The notes: a model not told the origin generated them from the letters alone. A DNA stretch of 63,836 bases, filler included, from Lenisia limosa (GCA_001655205.1; 12 parts of 12 records of this genome joined end to end with filler, not necessarily neighbours in it); one strand, 5' to 3'; counted from the whole stretch's first letter, positions 50,901 to 63,836 are shown. A program made the numbers and translations.

Positions 50901-52847
50901 AACTGATGCTAAAATGAGGAGGAGAGAACAAATTTGGGCTCTTCTAAAAAGTGGTTGTCAGCGTCTGTTGTTAAAAAACAAAAAGTGAGAAGCCCTATTA
51001 CACACGGCTGCTATGATCAATATCTAGGGCTTCACTTTGGTTTGGTAAAATACCGATAGTTTTCGACGATTTATCGATAAATTTAGTCTTTTATTTCACC
51101 GAAGTGAAGCCCTATCAATATCTCTTTTCAAAAGGACGATGTTATNNNNNNNNNNNNNNNNNNNNNNNNNNNNNNNNNNNNNNNNNNNNTTAATTAATTA
51201 ANNNNNNNNNNNNNNNNNNNNNNNNNNNNNNNNNNNNNNNNNNNNGATTAACAAAAACCTTAATTGAAAGACCATTTCCCACAAACTTTGAAAAAAAGAA
51301 AAAAACATGGGCAACTCCAGGCGCGATCCTGCCGTTGTATGACGGTAAGCAGTGTGTACAACCACTAGGCTAGCGCTCCCAAAGATTTGTTGCGTAAAGA
51401 GGAAGTCCAAGCAAAAGGGACGCTACTTAAATAGAAAAAAGTTCAGTTCAGTTCTGTTCAAAAATCCGTGAATTTAATTTTCAAAAAAGAAAATTCCGTA
51501 TTTACTCTGGCTATAATTTACTGTTTACTAGGAGGAATAAAACATAGTTTGCGTTAAGTTATGATCAAATAACTACAGTAACAGAGCATATTTCATAACC
51601 GTCACAGTTTTTGTTCGGGAGTGTACTATCATACATAATATGAAGAAAACAAATCATATCATATCATATCATATAATACTGTATAATATATTATATGCAT
51701 ATCATATCACTTTTCGGGTTATGTACATACGTGACAAATTTCAATACAGTTAACTCCTTGCCTACGAGTCGCGGAATTCGGAAACAAAAAGAATCTTAAA
51801 TGCAGTAGTGTGTTTAATGATAGTTTTACTTCAGTAAAAGAGGAACGTAAACTGCGATAGCAAAAAAAGAGTATTCAATTGTAATATCGTAAACAGGTTT
51901 AGAGACTAGTTCAGTTCATCGGATATATGATTCACAAACCCACCCTCCTCATCCAAGGTCATTTCCTAAACAAGGCTCTTTATGTTTCTTCAATATACAA
52001 CAGGGCTCCATGAAGGGTAGGTGGGTGTTCTGGGGTTTTCAAGCCCCAAACACAATCGTCTGACATGGTTGTCCTCCTGACACTGTAATCCCGGTTCCCA
52101 AATATACCAGACCCGCAATCTCCATAATATTCTTATGGAATAAGAAATGGGTATTGAAAGGTTTTCTCATTCAGTCAACAAATAATCCCTTACACTTTCA
52201 CACACGATAGACGATACTCCCACTCACCTAAAATATTAGAGGAATACGAGAAATTCCAAATAAGTTATATTTTGAGATAGTAGCATGCTATCAGTTTACA
52301 TAACCTCGAACAACTGTGAAATAAAAATAAAAAGAGGTTAGTATATTAGACTACGTAGATACAACTCCACTAGCGTGGAGACCTGCCCTTTGGAATGCCT
52401 TGAGGGCGAGGTAAAAAAAACTTACAATGGAAATGGTATTGATCCTTCACGACCTTCAGTTCACTCACCCCACAATACGCTTTCTATGCAGGAGGGTCTG
52501 GGGGGCTGGTGGTCTCAGAAATACAATAACCAAAGAAATGTAGTTTTGATAGGTGGAAAACAGTTACGCTGGAGGTTCAGGTCACGAGCCAAATTGATGG
52601 TACTTTTGGTCAGGTGAAACACTAGGGAGATAAAAATCAAGCCAGGGCAACGTTAATGACAGTTCAGCTTATAAAGGATGATAAGCATGATAAGCATGAT
52701 AAGATGCTACGAAGTCACTAAATTAGCTCCTTGTACTTGCCGAGGTCACCCCTCTTACAATCCGAGGTTTTATGCAATTTAATTTTTGAGAGAGTCTAAC
52801 CGTCCTTTGAAAGCAGCTTTACACCGATTTTCTTTCCCCCTTACGCC

Positions 52848-55692
52848 ACTCAGGTATCGGACAGTGTAAGGCCCTCTGGCAGGGCCCAGCAGGACTGCCC
52901 ATGGAGTGTATGCCGTCTCAGTGGATTACCTTCGAGTCGTACCACACCAATTGCTCGTTTGTGGCTTGTATACGGTTTCGCTTTAGTCTAAAATAGATTT
53001 CGAGCATTTATCGAGATATTCAGTCTTTTTTTTGAACCTAAGTGAAGCTCTAGGTTTGCACGAACTCTATTCCGGCTTTATTATTTCTTATTTCTACATA
53101 ATCCAGCATGTGGCCAAATTGAAGCGTATTATTCCCTAGACACGCCACATGCACGGATTGCGCGGCCTCGCCAAATTGTCGTTGGTGCCCTGGGACTGGG
53201 TGTTCCGTGGCTGCAAGGGAGGATGAAATGAATATCCGTAAGGGGGTTATTAAAGGCGAGAGAGATGGGATGAAATGTGTTTCTTTTAATTATGCATATG
53301 ATATGATATCTCTCCTTCCTGTGATTAGTCAGAGGGAATAATAGTGATCCAAGGGTGAATCTTATGACCCCACTTCACCTCTTTGCAGTGACCGCGGGCG
53401 ATGTTCAGTGTTCCGGCGGCGCGGGTTTCGGAGGTAATCCAGGCTCTTTTTTGAACAAGAAATAACTATAATATGGAAAATCTAGGAAAGCGTATTACAC
53501 CATGAAAACAAATTACTCTTTGAATGAAGCTCCTACCACTTTGTTTTATTTATCATTGTGGATTTGGTTTACATTTCAGGAGGAGCATGCGTGTCAACAT
53601 GCTCGATGCACACCGATTGCGTGGAGTGCACTGGAGCTGTGGGTTGATAAATTCTTGAACCGTGTGAATGTCTCAAATATGATATGTTCACTGGGTGAAT
53701 AACGTTCCTCTAGTCATGCATGTGGACTGTTACAGGCTGCGAGACTCTGACATTCCCGGCTACTGGTGTATCAACACCCTCGGTAGGATGGCCTGAATAG
53801 TACCGTTCTATATGTTATGTCTTTCGGGGATCATGCTGTAGTCGTGCCCAACTTACTGCTTTTCCAAGACCACGTGCTCTTCTTGCTCCGCTTCTGGTTG
53901 GCATCCCTTTAAACTGTTGAACTTGATACTGTACTTATTTCAGAGTCAAGCTTTTTGTTTTGTTTCTTGTCCAGCTGTTTCACATATTTTACATTTCAAT
54001 CACATTGTCAAATATCGACATGGACTTTGGTTTGATTGATGCTTATTGAGCCAATAGTTAATTGTGACTTCCACTTTCTCCCACATTACAAGAATATTGG
54101 CTGTCCTTCCATTTCATTTTTAAGGTTCGTGTCTATGGTGCCCCCTCACAGGGCGATGCACGGCCTCCACTTATTTCGGGTCCACAGAACTGTCCGGAAC
54201 CTGCAGCCCTTGGACCATGACGTGTTCTCCTGGTAAGCCTTCCTTATCGATTGTTTTCGAGGATTAATCGAGAAATTCAGTCTTTTATGGAACCAAAGTG
54301 AAGCCCTATAATAAATATCCTTTGCTTCACCCCCCCCCCCCCNNNNNNNNNNNNNNNNNNNNNNNNNNNNNNNNNNNNNNNNNNNNNNNNNNNNNNNNNN
54401 NNNNNNNNNNNNNNNNNNNNNNNNNNNNNNNNNNNNNNNCATTCGACTTGTAACGACTGTGCTGCTGACGCCCTATGCGGATGGTGCGAGACAGCGCCCC
54501 ATGTTGGAGCGTGTTCTGACAAACCTCTGGACTGGCTTGTTAACAGCGAATGCGCTGTGGACGGCACTACGGGCATCCTGACAGGGTCTTATTGCAAGGG
54601 TTGGTGGTTTTTTAGCAGTGGTATGGATGCAGAGGGGGACCAGGTCCAAAGAAACAGAAACAGTCAAAGGTGACTTTTTTCTTATTCAGTCTTGGCAGAT
54701 CATCTTTCATCCTTCAGCTATCAGACCTCTCACCCCCTCTCCAGGTTACTGCAGTGACCACTCATCGTGCCAAAACTGTCTCAGTGAACCAGGTTGCGAG
54801 TGGTGCAACGAATCGGAACTCTGTACTCCTCAAATGTGAGGGAGAGGGGGGGAGAGGGGGAACAGTCCAATAGGCTTGTGAGAATGGAGTGGAATGTCAA
54901 CTTGAAACCCGTGGTGATGATGCTGTGATATGGCTGATATTATTGCTTGGATTCTGAATGCTGACATATGGCTGATATTGCTCCTTGGATTCTGAATGCT
55001 GACATATGGCTGATATTGCTCCTTGGATTTTGAATGTTGACATATGGCTGATATTGCTCCTAGGATTCTGAATGTTGACATTTTAGAAACTCAACATGTG
55101 TGAACAGTACTGTGGCTGTGTGCCCAATATCATGCGAGGTAGGCTCCTCGTGTTGCCTATTTAGGTTTAATCAAAACTCTTTATCGGTAAATGTATTGGA
55201 TGGAGGAGGAGCTTTTGAAGACATAGTATTAGGGCTTCACTTTGGTTCAAAAAAGATCGGTTAAATATCGATAGTTTTCGACGATTTATCGATAAAATCA
55301 GTCTTTCAACGAAGTGAAGCCCTACATAGTATACACCTGATTTGCTCCTTTCAAAGAAACTGGAGCAGTGTTAGCTTTTAAATTGGGTTCAACTGAATGA
55401 GCCCAAGATATACAGTGACCGGTATAAGTCTTGACCTATTTTCCTTGGGAAATCACAAAGCAAATCGGTCAAGACTTCTCACGGTCACTGTATGATCTGT
55501 TCAAGAGCGTCAATTCAGATTCCCAACAAATATTCAGGCAATAGAGTGTGCATTTTGGTTATGATACGTTTGATATGTTCCCATGCTCACCTCCCAGAAT
55601 GACTGTGGTCCCAACGGCGTGTGCACCAACATCCTCAACACCGGGGTGTGCAGCTGCTCACCCGGGTACTACGGCACGGCCTGCCAGCTCGG
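52848..55692 (+). CDS. Cys-rich surface protein with tandem PSI-like repeats and an EGF-like domain; partial
   Basis: HATCTDCAASPNCRWCPG, HSTCNDCAADALCGWCE, HSSCQNCLSEPGCEWCNESELC, NDCGPNGVCTNILNTGVCSCSPGYYGTACQL. Confidence 0.8.
54925..55080. repeat. Intronic minisatellite, ~38-bp unit x ~4
   Basis: Unit ATATGGCTGATATTGCTCCTTGGATTCTGAATGCTGAC. Confidence 0.9.
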
Positions 55693-56426
55693 TCCTTNNN
55701 NNNNNNNNNNNNNNNNNNNNNNNNNNNNNNNNNNNNNNNNNTTAATTAATTAANNNNNNNNNNNNNNNNNNNNNNNNNNNNNNNNNNNNNNNNNNNNACG
55801 CCTGTGTGTCATTTCTCGATAAATCCTCAAAAACTATCAACATTTATCAGTCTTATTTGTGACAAAGCGAAGCCCTTGGTATGGGTTTTTTTTAGACAAG
55901 AAATCATGTACATACCGAGGTGGAGCACCAGTATTTCGGGTTGTCGGGGTAAACTACTTCACCGAGTGACAAAACATTAACCCTGGAAGGTGAGAGAATG
56001 GAGGTTATTATACGTAGAAATATATCCTCTTTGTATTAGAAATCAGTATTTGCAAACTTTTTCTTTTTTTTTTAAAAAAAAAGACATTAACAGGGAATTC
56101 ATTATTAGGCGCGGGAAAATGAAAGGTACCTTTTTGCATTTATTTGTTCCCTTAATTTTTAATGTATACATTATTTCTTCGTATAAACAGCCAACACTAA
56201 TTTTGATTTGAAAACAAAAGAGAGAAACAAAACCCTTAGATAACGTTTCGTTTTTTCTGGAACTACAAAAAGAGGAAATATGCTATCTGTCAAAAGTAAG
56301 TCGAAACGGGTTTAGGGTAACTTAATTGTCAAATATTAATAAAAAAAACCCCGTTCAAAATATTGTTTTTGGTATTTTAAGTTGTTTTTCCCTTTATTAT
56401 TAAACAGAACTAGCAATAATATTTGA

Positions 56427-56668
56427 TTATTCAATGGCCCTCTTGCAAACCTCGTGCGTGTTCCCATCAACTGTGGCTTTAACATGTGATGTGACCCATC
56501 CATCATGGCATGCGGGTCCGAGCTGAGCCGGTTACAGGCGACGTGAGTCATGTCAGAGGTGCTGAGGTTGTTTGTGGCATCGAAGCCAATGAAGAAAAGG
56601 GCTCCAGGAGACTCAGAGATGAGAGGATTGGCCTCAGTAATGGTAGAGGCAAGTGGAGGTTCCTGCAT
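56427..56668 (-). CDS. Hypothetical small protein, 3' exons
   Basis: EPPLASTITEANPLISESPGALFFIGFDATNNLSTSDMTHVACNRLSSDPHAMMD|..DGNTHEVCKRAIE*; coding-like GC content inside an AT-rich region. Confidence 0.4.
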
Positions 56669-57525
56669 TGCGAGTGTATAAGGCTATACCTGAGGGAGCA
56701 ATCAATATGTTTCTCTAACAAGCAACAACAGTCCGTTTAAATGGTTTGTTATACTTGCTGTATGAGCCTAATTTCGCAAACTACTGTTTTAAAAGGCTTG
56801 AATGGAAAAGGCGCTTTCCTGAAAAGGGGCAAAAATAGTGACAAAATTGACACGGTCTCCTTTTCTCCACAATTTTCCTTCTTTTTCGTCCTTTTTAGCG
56901 TTTCGGTGTTCTTGTGTTAGTAACATTACGGTATCAGGGCAAGCAGTTTATTTTTAAAGTCAATCTTGAGCTCATTTTAGCTTTGCGATCTTCAACATTA
57001 TCTCTATGGTTCCTCCCACTGCCATCTTAGCTCCGTCCAGAAATTCGGTTTTTATTTGTGGTTTATTACATTTAACAAGCTCTCTTTACATTTGTTTTTA
57101 TTGTCATTCGACCAAAATCTATGATGCATTTTTAAGTAGTTTCTTATTTTATTTTATTTTTTTTCCTTGTCTCTTTGTCGTACTTAGATTTAGATATTTT
57201 ATCCTGACTGTTTTATTGCCACCCCGATTTTTATTGTTTCCACCTCTACTTGTTATCACTTACTCTATTTTGTCTTTTAGTGTGTTTTTTTTTTTGCTAA
57301 AGTGTTTATGCCTCTCCTGTAATAAAATAGTTTCCAATTCCAACATTCATTTCCATCCCTGATTGCTCTCAGATGACTAAATATCAATATTACATATTTA
57401 ACTCAATGACATTAAGCTCACTGTTTTTGGTTGTTTCAAACGATATAATTAAGCTGTTCTTTATCACTCTCGAATGTGACATGTTCGATGAGATCAGAAG
57501 ATCCGCAATCACGGTAATTCTAATT

Positions 57526-60500
57526 ATGGCAGCCATGAATCCCAACGCCGCCCCCTTCTGTCCTGGAGGAGCTCGCCGCCCTCAACAGGCTCAGCCCTTC
57601 TACACCCCCCAGCAAGTATGTTTATACCGCGGTTATAAGCTTAGTTTATAAGCTCAGTTTATAAGCTTAGGTTTGCTTGGTTATACAGTTTTTATAAGCT
57701 TAGTTTAGCGAATTAGTGTAGTTAAAAGATGTTCTCACAAGTTTAGCCCCAGCAGCAACAATATGGGTACCAACCTCAGCAGCCGCAGCAGCAGTATGGC
57801 TATCAGCCTCAGCAACAGTATGGCTACGCTGAACAGAATGAGCCCCAAACCAGGCACTATGACCCTGATGCTAAGAAGAGCGACGGAAACGCAGCCTTCC
57901 TGGCCATGATGAACAAGAAGAAGAAGCCAGTAGTGATCAAGGCCGAGTCCATGGTCGAGAAGCAGGAGGAGAAGGTCGTGGAGTCCCCTAAGGAAGAGCC
58001 TAAGGTCGAAGAGAAGGTTGAGGAGAAGGTAGAAGAGAAGGAGGAGGAGAAGGAGGAAGAGAAGGAGGAGTGGGAAAGTACTCTTGAGGAGGAGAAGCCC
58101 AAGGAAGAAGAGAAGACGGAAGATCTTGCTGAGGAGCTCGTTGAAAAGGTTGAAGAGGTTCAGATCGAAGAAAGTGGGCTGCTGGGAGCAACTTGAAGGA
58201 TTCCCTTCTTGAGATCAGTATAAACCATCCTTGTAAAAAGGGTTTCTCTGTTTAATTCTGTTTAGATGATCAAGATATTGAAGCTTTGGAGGAGGAGGAG
58301 CTCACTATCCCGGTTGAGGACGTTGTCCACGAGGTTTGCTCCTTCCAAGGCCTTATTCGTCACTATTGCAGGGTGAAGTGTTCAGAAACTCCAATGTTGT
58401 CTTCATTGGCCACGTTGATGCCGGAAAGTCCACTTGCTGCGGTCATATTCTGTAAGTGGGGGATCTTGTCCTTCTTGCTTACCTCTTCCCTTTCTTTATT
58501 GGTGTTATTCCTGTTTCTATGTGTTTATCTACCTTTTGCAATTCATGAGTGTCCCTGCTCTTGTTCTTTCACTTATTTCCTCTCACACCCTCCCTCTCTC
58601 TCCCNNNNNNNNNNNNNNNNNNNNNNNNNNNNNNNNNNNNNNNNNNNNNNNNNNNNNNNNNNNNNNNNNNNNNNNNNNNNNNNNNNNNNNNNNNNNNNNN
58701 NNNNNNNNNNNNNNNNNNNNNNNNNNNNNNNNNNNNNNNNNNNNNNNNNNNNNNNNNNNNNNNNNNNNTCTTATTGCCTTATAAAAATCAATGTTATAGG
58801 ATTTATTTTTCTTCATTCAAAATACTTCTCGCCCATGCCATCTACAGTGACTGGGATAAGTCTTGACCGATTTACCACATGATTTTTCTAGGAATATTGG
58901 TCAAGACTTATTCCGGTCACTGTACATCGATATGCACTTGGGATTCCATGTTTTCATGGGGATCCCAAGTCGATGTGCCCCCCCTCCCCTCTTCTCCTTG
59001 TTGTTTTCAACCCTTGAGTTTAATAAGCCAACAGAGTTGATTTTGGGCTGTTTTGCTTCTTTCATTAATTGTCCAGTTCAGCTTAATTAGTACTTTATGC
59101 CAATATTCTTCATCGAAATTTCTTTATTTTACCCCCCCCCCCCCNNNNNNNNNNNNNNNNNNNNNNNNNNNNNNNNNNNNNNNNNNNNNNNNNNNNNNNN
59201 NNNNNNNNNNNNNNNNNNNNNNNTTGTTGTTATCAACCCCCGTGTGTTGTCAGCCAACAGAGATGATTTGGGCTTTTTGTTAATGTTCTTCCTTTTACCT
59301 CCCCCAGGCTGCTGACAGGCGAGGTTGACGAGCGAACAATGGACAAATACGAGCGTGAATCCAAGGATAAGGGCCGCGAGAGTTGGAAGTTCGCGTGGGC
59401 CATGGACATCACGGAGCAGGAGAGAGCCAAGGGCAAGACTGAAGAGTGTGCACGTGCGTTCTTCAAGACTGCGCATAAGCGTTTCTGCCTTCTTGACGCA
59501 CCTGTATGTGGGGAATTTGTGCAAATTTCAGTCTTACCTAGTTTCCCATCTATATATTCTTCTATTTATGACTACCTTATTTGCAATATTTTGTCATGAC
59601 TTACCTTATAGGGCCATAACTCTTACGTGCCTCATATGATCACGGGTGCTGCCCAGGTAAAAGGGGGGGGGGGTATAATTGCTANNNNNNNNNNNNNNNN
59701 NNNNNNNNNNNNNNNNNNNNNNNNNNNNNNNNNNNNNNNNNNNNNNNNNNNNNNNNNNNNNNNNNNNNNNNNNNNNNNNNNNNNNNNNNNNNNNNNNNNN
59801 NNNNNNNNNNNNNNNNNNNNNNNNNNNNNNNNNNNNNNNNNNNNNNNNNNNNNNNNNNNNNNNNNNNNNNNNNNNNNNNNNNNNNNNNNNNNNNNNNNNN
59901 TAAGGTAACAAAAATATACATAGGGATACCATAAACAAATTACCATGCTTCTGGGCCCACGTTCCTTTGTTCGCTCAAGGGAGTAGCAAGTAAATTACTA
60001 CATTGTTGACTCTCTATAGGTGGTCAACAGATGCTACACCTTATATCCTAACACTGACCACATTACTAACATTAACCGCATTATTATCATCCCTAATATT
60101 AGATACATTACTTACATTACACCCCTAACACTCACATTACTAACATTATCTACATTACTTACATCCTAGGCTGAAATCGGTGTTCTTGTCATTTCATCCA
60201 GAAGGGGTGAATTTGAAACCGGGTTTGAGAAGGGTGGTCAGACCCGCGAGCACGCTGTTTTGGTGAGGAGGAGGGGGGTTGATTTTGGGTTTTTTTTGTT
60301 TCATATTTCCAATTGTACCGTGAGTTTTGTTGCTTTGTTGTTATCCACCCGTGTGTGTTGTCAGNNNNNNNNNNNNNNNNNNNNNNNNNNNNNNNNNNNN
60401 NNNNNNNNNNNNNNNNNNNNNNNNNNNNNNNNNNNNNNNNNNNNNNNNNNNNNNNNNNNNNNNNNNNNNNNNNNNNNNNNNNNNNNNNNNNNNNNNNNNN

Positions 60501-61563
60501 NNNNNNNNNNNNNNNNTGCCCTTTTCTCCTCCGCTAACAAACCAGGCCAAAACCTCGGGCGTCAAGGTCCTCATTGTCTTCATCAACAAGATGGACGACC
60601 CGACTGTCGAGTGGAGTCAGAAGAGGTCTGGGGGATCTGGTTCGGCAGAAAGAGGAGGGGTGGGCGTCCCAATTTGGACAGCTTCGGTCCGATACTGCCT
60701 TGTTTTGTTCCTCATTTCTGACCATCGCAGATACGATGAGTGTGTGACCAAGCTCACCCCCTTCCTCAAAAGCGCTGGTTTCATGAAAAAGGGTAGGGGT
60801 GAGAAAAACACGTTTTATGGATAATATGGATTATATTTAAGAAATACATGCAAGATAATATATTAATAATTACTATAATATTATATTTTAGTAGTATATC
60901 ATATGGGGGAAACATTGGTTCATCCAGTCCGGGGAGGGAGAATACATATTATAGTGAGANNNNNNNNNNNNNNNNNNNNNNNNNNNNNNNNNNNNNNNNN
61001 NNNNNNNNNNNNNNNNNNNNNNNNNNNNNNNNNNNNNNNNNNNNNNNNNNNNNNNNNNNNNNNNNNNNNNNNNNNNNNNNNNNNNNNNNNNNNNNTTGCC
61101 TTTTAGCCTTTTTTGTTTTGTTTTGTTTTGCTACGCCAATATTCTTCACCGAAATTTCCTTCGTCTTACTCCCCCCCCCCAGACATTATCTGGATTCCCG
61201 GCTCGGGTATGACTGGAGCCAATCTGAAGGAGCCTGTCAGCCGCAAACTTTGTCCCTGGTGGAAGTCTGGGGGGTATAAAGTGATCATCATTATTATTAG
61301 TAGTTGTATTATATATATGTATAGGGGGGGATGGGACTCCGTTATACATGGCAGCATCCCATCTTTTTGTTAAACTTTTGCCAACGTTATATTTCAACCC
61401 CCCCTTATTTATTTAATTAACCTCAACTTTTTAACAACCTCAACTTTTTATTTACCAACGCAGGGGCACACCACTCCTCCAAACTCTTGACGAGATTGAG
61501 ATTCCCCCGCGCCCTAAGGACGGCCCCTTCATCATGCCCATCACCGCCAAGTACAAGGAAATG
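57526..61563 (+). CDS. eRF3: Translation termination factor eRF3 (Sup35/GSPT); 3' end cut by the contig end
   Basis: PAM2-like MNPNAAPF, a Q/Y-rich segment, an E/K-rich linker, [40 protein letters not shown]|[47 protein letters not shown]. Confidence 0.93.
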
Positions 61564-63189
61564 GTGTGGATAACAAGATTGCTTGTATACTTAAGTTTTT
61601 TTAAAATGTCCATAATTATTAGGGCTGCATGCAATTAATTTTTTGAAGAAATTAATTGACAAAATGTGAAAATAAAGTAGTCAAATGGGGTTCTCTTTAC
61701 AATATGTCACACTCAGATTGTAAAAATATTTTTTTCAACTAATTGGATGAAGCCCTAATAATTATTGATAAGTGTCTAAGTCCTGTTAAATATCGATAAA
61801 TTGCTGGGGAATTAATATTATACTATTAATCCAGTATCTCTTAATACCCACAACCTTTTTTTTTTTTTTAATTGCCATAATATATATCGATATACTGTNN
61901 NNNNNNNNNNNNNNNNNNNNNNNNNNNNNNNNNNNNNNNNNNTTAATTAATTAANNNNNNNNNNNNNNNNNNNNNNNNNNNNNNNNNNNNNNNNNNNNGG
62001 AAATTGGAAAATTAATGATAAAAAAAATAAAATGAAAACCCTCAAACCACATGCACACAAGTCTGAAATGTTGGAGCACTATATCAGAGCATTTATTCAC
62101 CACCACTTTTTTGATCAATTTCACCCGTGAACTTTCACGCAGTGATATGATACTATCCATGTATGTACTTTGACCGACAAGTCTCATGACTCAATCCTCA
62201 TGTTATCTTCGTTCATCATTTCGACTGGAATCGGCCATACGATCATTTCACTTGTAAATATGGGTCAAAACATACAGTGACCGCCTATTTGCTCTATGAT
62301 TTCCCGAGGAAAATTGGTCAAGACTTATCCCAGTCAATATATGTAACACTTAATCATTATTTTCTTCCCACAAACCACAGTGGCACTCATCAATGGCCAC
62401 AAGAGTGATCTTATCCTCAATTTTCTAAAAAAGTTAAGAATCCTATCTATCCAAACGTGATATGATAGTTCACACGTGAAAATGACCCAACACGTGATAA
62501 TAATTCGCACATGTAAAAATGACCCAAAATGGTACCATATGCAAGATCTGATCCTCAATTTTCTAAAATATTAATTATTTTATAATATATGAAAAATCTT
62601 TATCGGTGTTAATGTTTTTTTATCACCCGAAAAAAAAAAAAAAAAAAAANNNNNNNNNNNNNNNNNNNNNNNNNNNNNNNNNNNNNNNNNNNNNNNNNNN
62701 NNNNNNNNNNNNNNNNNNNNNNNNNNNNNNNNNNNNNNNNNNNNNNNNNNNNNNNNNNNNNNNNNNNNNNNNNNNNNNNNNNNNNNNNNNNNNNNNNNNN
62801 NNNNNNNNNNNNNNNNNNNNNNNNNNNNNNNNNNNNNNNNNNNNNNNNNNNNNNNTTAAAAGCCCCGCTTTACTTTGTCTTGTTTGTAGGGCTTCACTTC
62901 GGTTCGAAAAAAAGACTGATTTTAACGATAAATCCTCAAAAACTATCAAATATTTTCTCGAACCGAAGTGAAGCCACTTGTATTAATAAAAAGCCTTGGT
63001 TGTAGCCGTTCAATCTGTCTGGGTACGGTTATAAAAAAACAGGGAGAAACAAATATTTTAGGGTGTAATAAAAGAGCCACCCCATTTTTGGACAAGCTCA
63101 TACAACACCCCCAAATATATAGCATTGAGAAATAGAAAATAAAGATGCCCATCTACAGTAATAGTATCCAACAATAGTATCCACCCATA

Positions 63190-63285
63190 TCACGCACCTG
63201 TCCTGAACCCAAAAAGGTTGCTTTGATGTTCATTGCTTGAAGCTGCATGGCCTGGGCGGAGTAAGCGAAGGTGGAAATGCTTTTT
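63190..63285 (-). CDS. Isolated coding-like exon
   Basis: ISTFAYSAQAMQLQAMNIKATFLGSGQ followed by GTGCGT. Confidence 0.3.
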   Translation of the reverse strand, partial: KKHFHLRLLRPGHAASSNEHQSNLFGFRTGA

Positions 63286-63836
63286 TTTTTATTATTATTA
63301 TTAGGGGGGTGGGGGGTGGGAGGAAAATTGGCAATTTTATTAAAGTCTAAANNNNNNNNNNNNNNNNNNNNNNNNNNNNNNNNNNNNNNNNNNNNNNNNN
63401 NNNNNNNNNNNNNNNNNNNNNNNNNNNNNNNNNNNNNNNNNNNNNNGACTGAGGTACAAACTGGGACTCTGTGGGCCTCTTGTAACGAGAACGCCATTTT
63501 AGACACTTTCTTTCAATTTTTGTTTAATAATTTATTAGAAAAACATTATACACATCACCAAGAGCTTCATTTCGGTTCAAGAAATACCAGTAAAATATCG
63601 ATAATATTCGAAGATTTATCGAGAAATTCGGTCTTTTTCCGAACCGAAGTGAAGCCCTAACATCACCAAACCATCACCAAACCTGATCTTCCATGAGGGA
63701 AATCAGAGGCGACACAACAATCGCCATTTTGCCTGTTACGATCGGTGGAAGTTGGTAGCAAATCGACTTACCACTTCCAGTTCCCATCTAAAGCGTTAAA
63801 AACAAAACCTCACAAATAACAAATTCTCCCCCCCCC

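Overview
Intron-rich eukaryotic (protist-like) genomic DNA with the standard genetic code and GT-AG introns. The window is not one locus. It is about 12 contigs joined by artificial 100-bp linkers (44 N + TTAATTAATTAA + 44 N), so adjacency across a linker means nothing. Genes rebuilt by hand from exons: a zeta/delta-type tubulin, FTCD, an NCL/EFCAX-type Ca2+ exchanger, KLHDC4/Kel3, a response-regulator receiver protein, a GH38 alpha-mannosidase (5' part), LUC7, an Rnl2/REL-family RNA ligase, glycogen branching enzyme, SMC2, SEM1/DSS1, an RCC1-repeat fragment, a PSI/EGF surface protein, eRF3 and several unknown proteins. Introns carry two short palindromic MITE families and other repeats. The most unusual signal is a non-palindromic ~100-nt intronic repeat with a hairpin core. 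It lies in the sense orientation of the host gene in every copy I found, usually just upstream of a C-rich 3' splice site. Related oddities are G-tract/C-tract intron ends and tandem duplications anchored on 5' splice sites. Gene identities come from recognised motifs only; no database search was run, and coordinates of multi-exon models are approximate.
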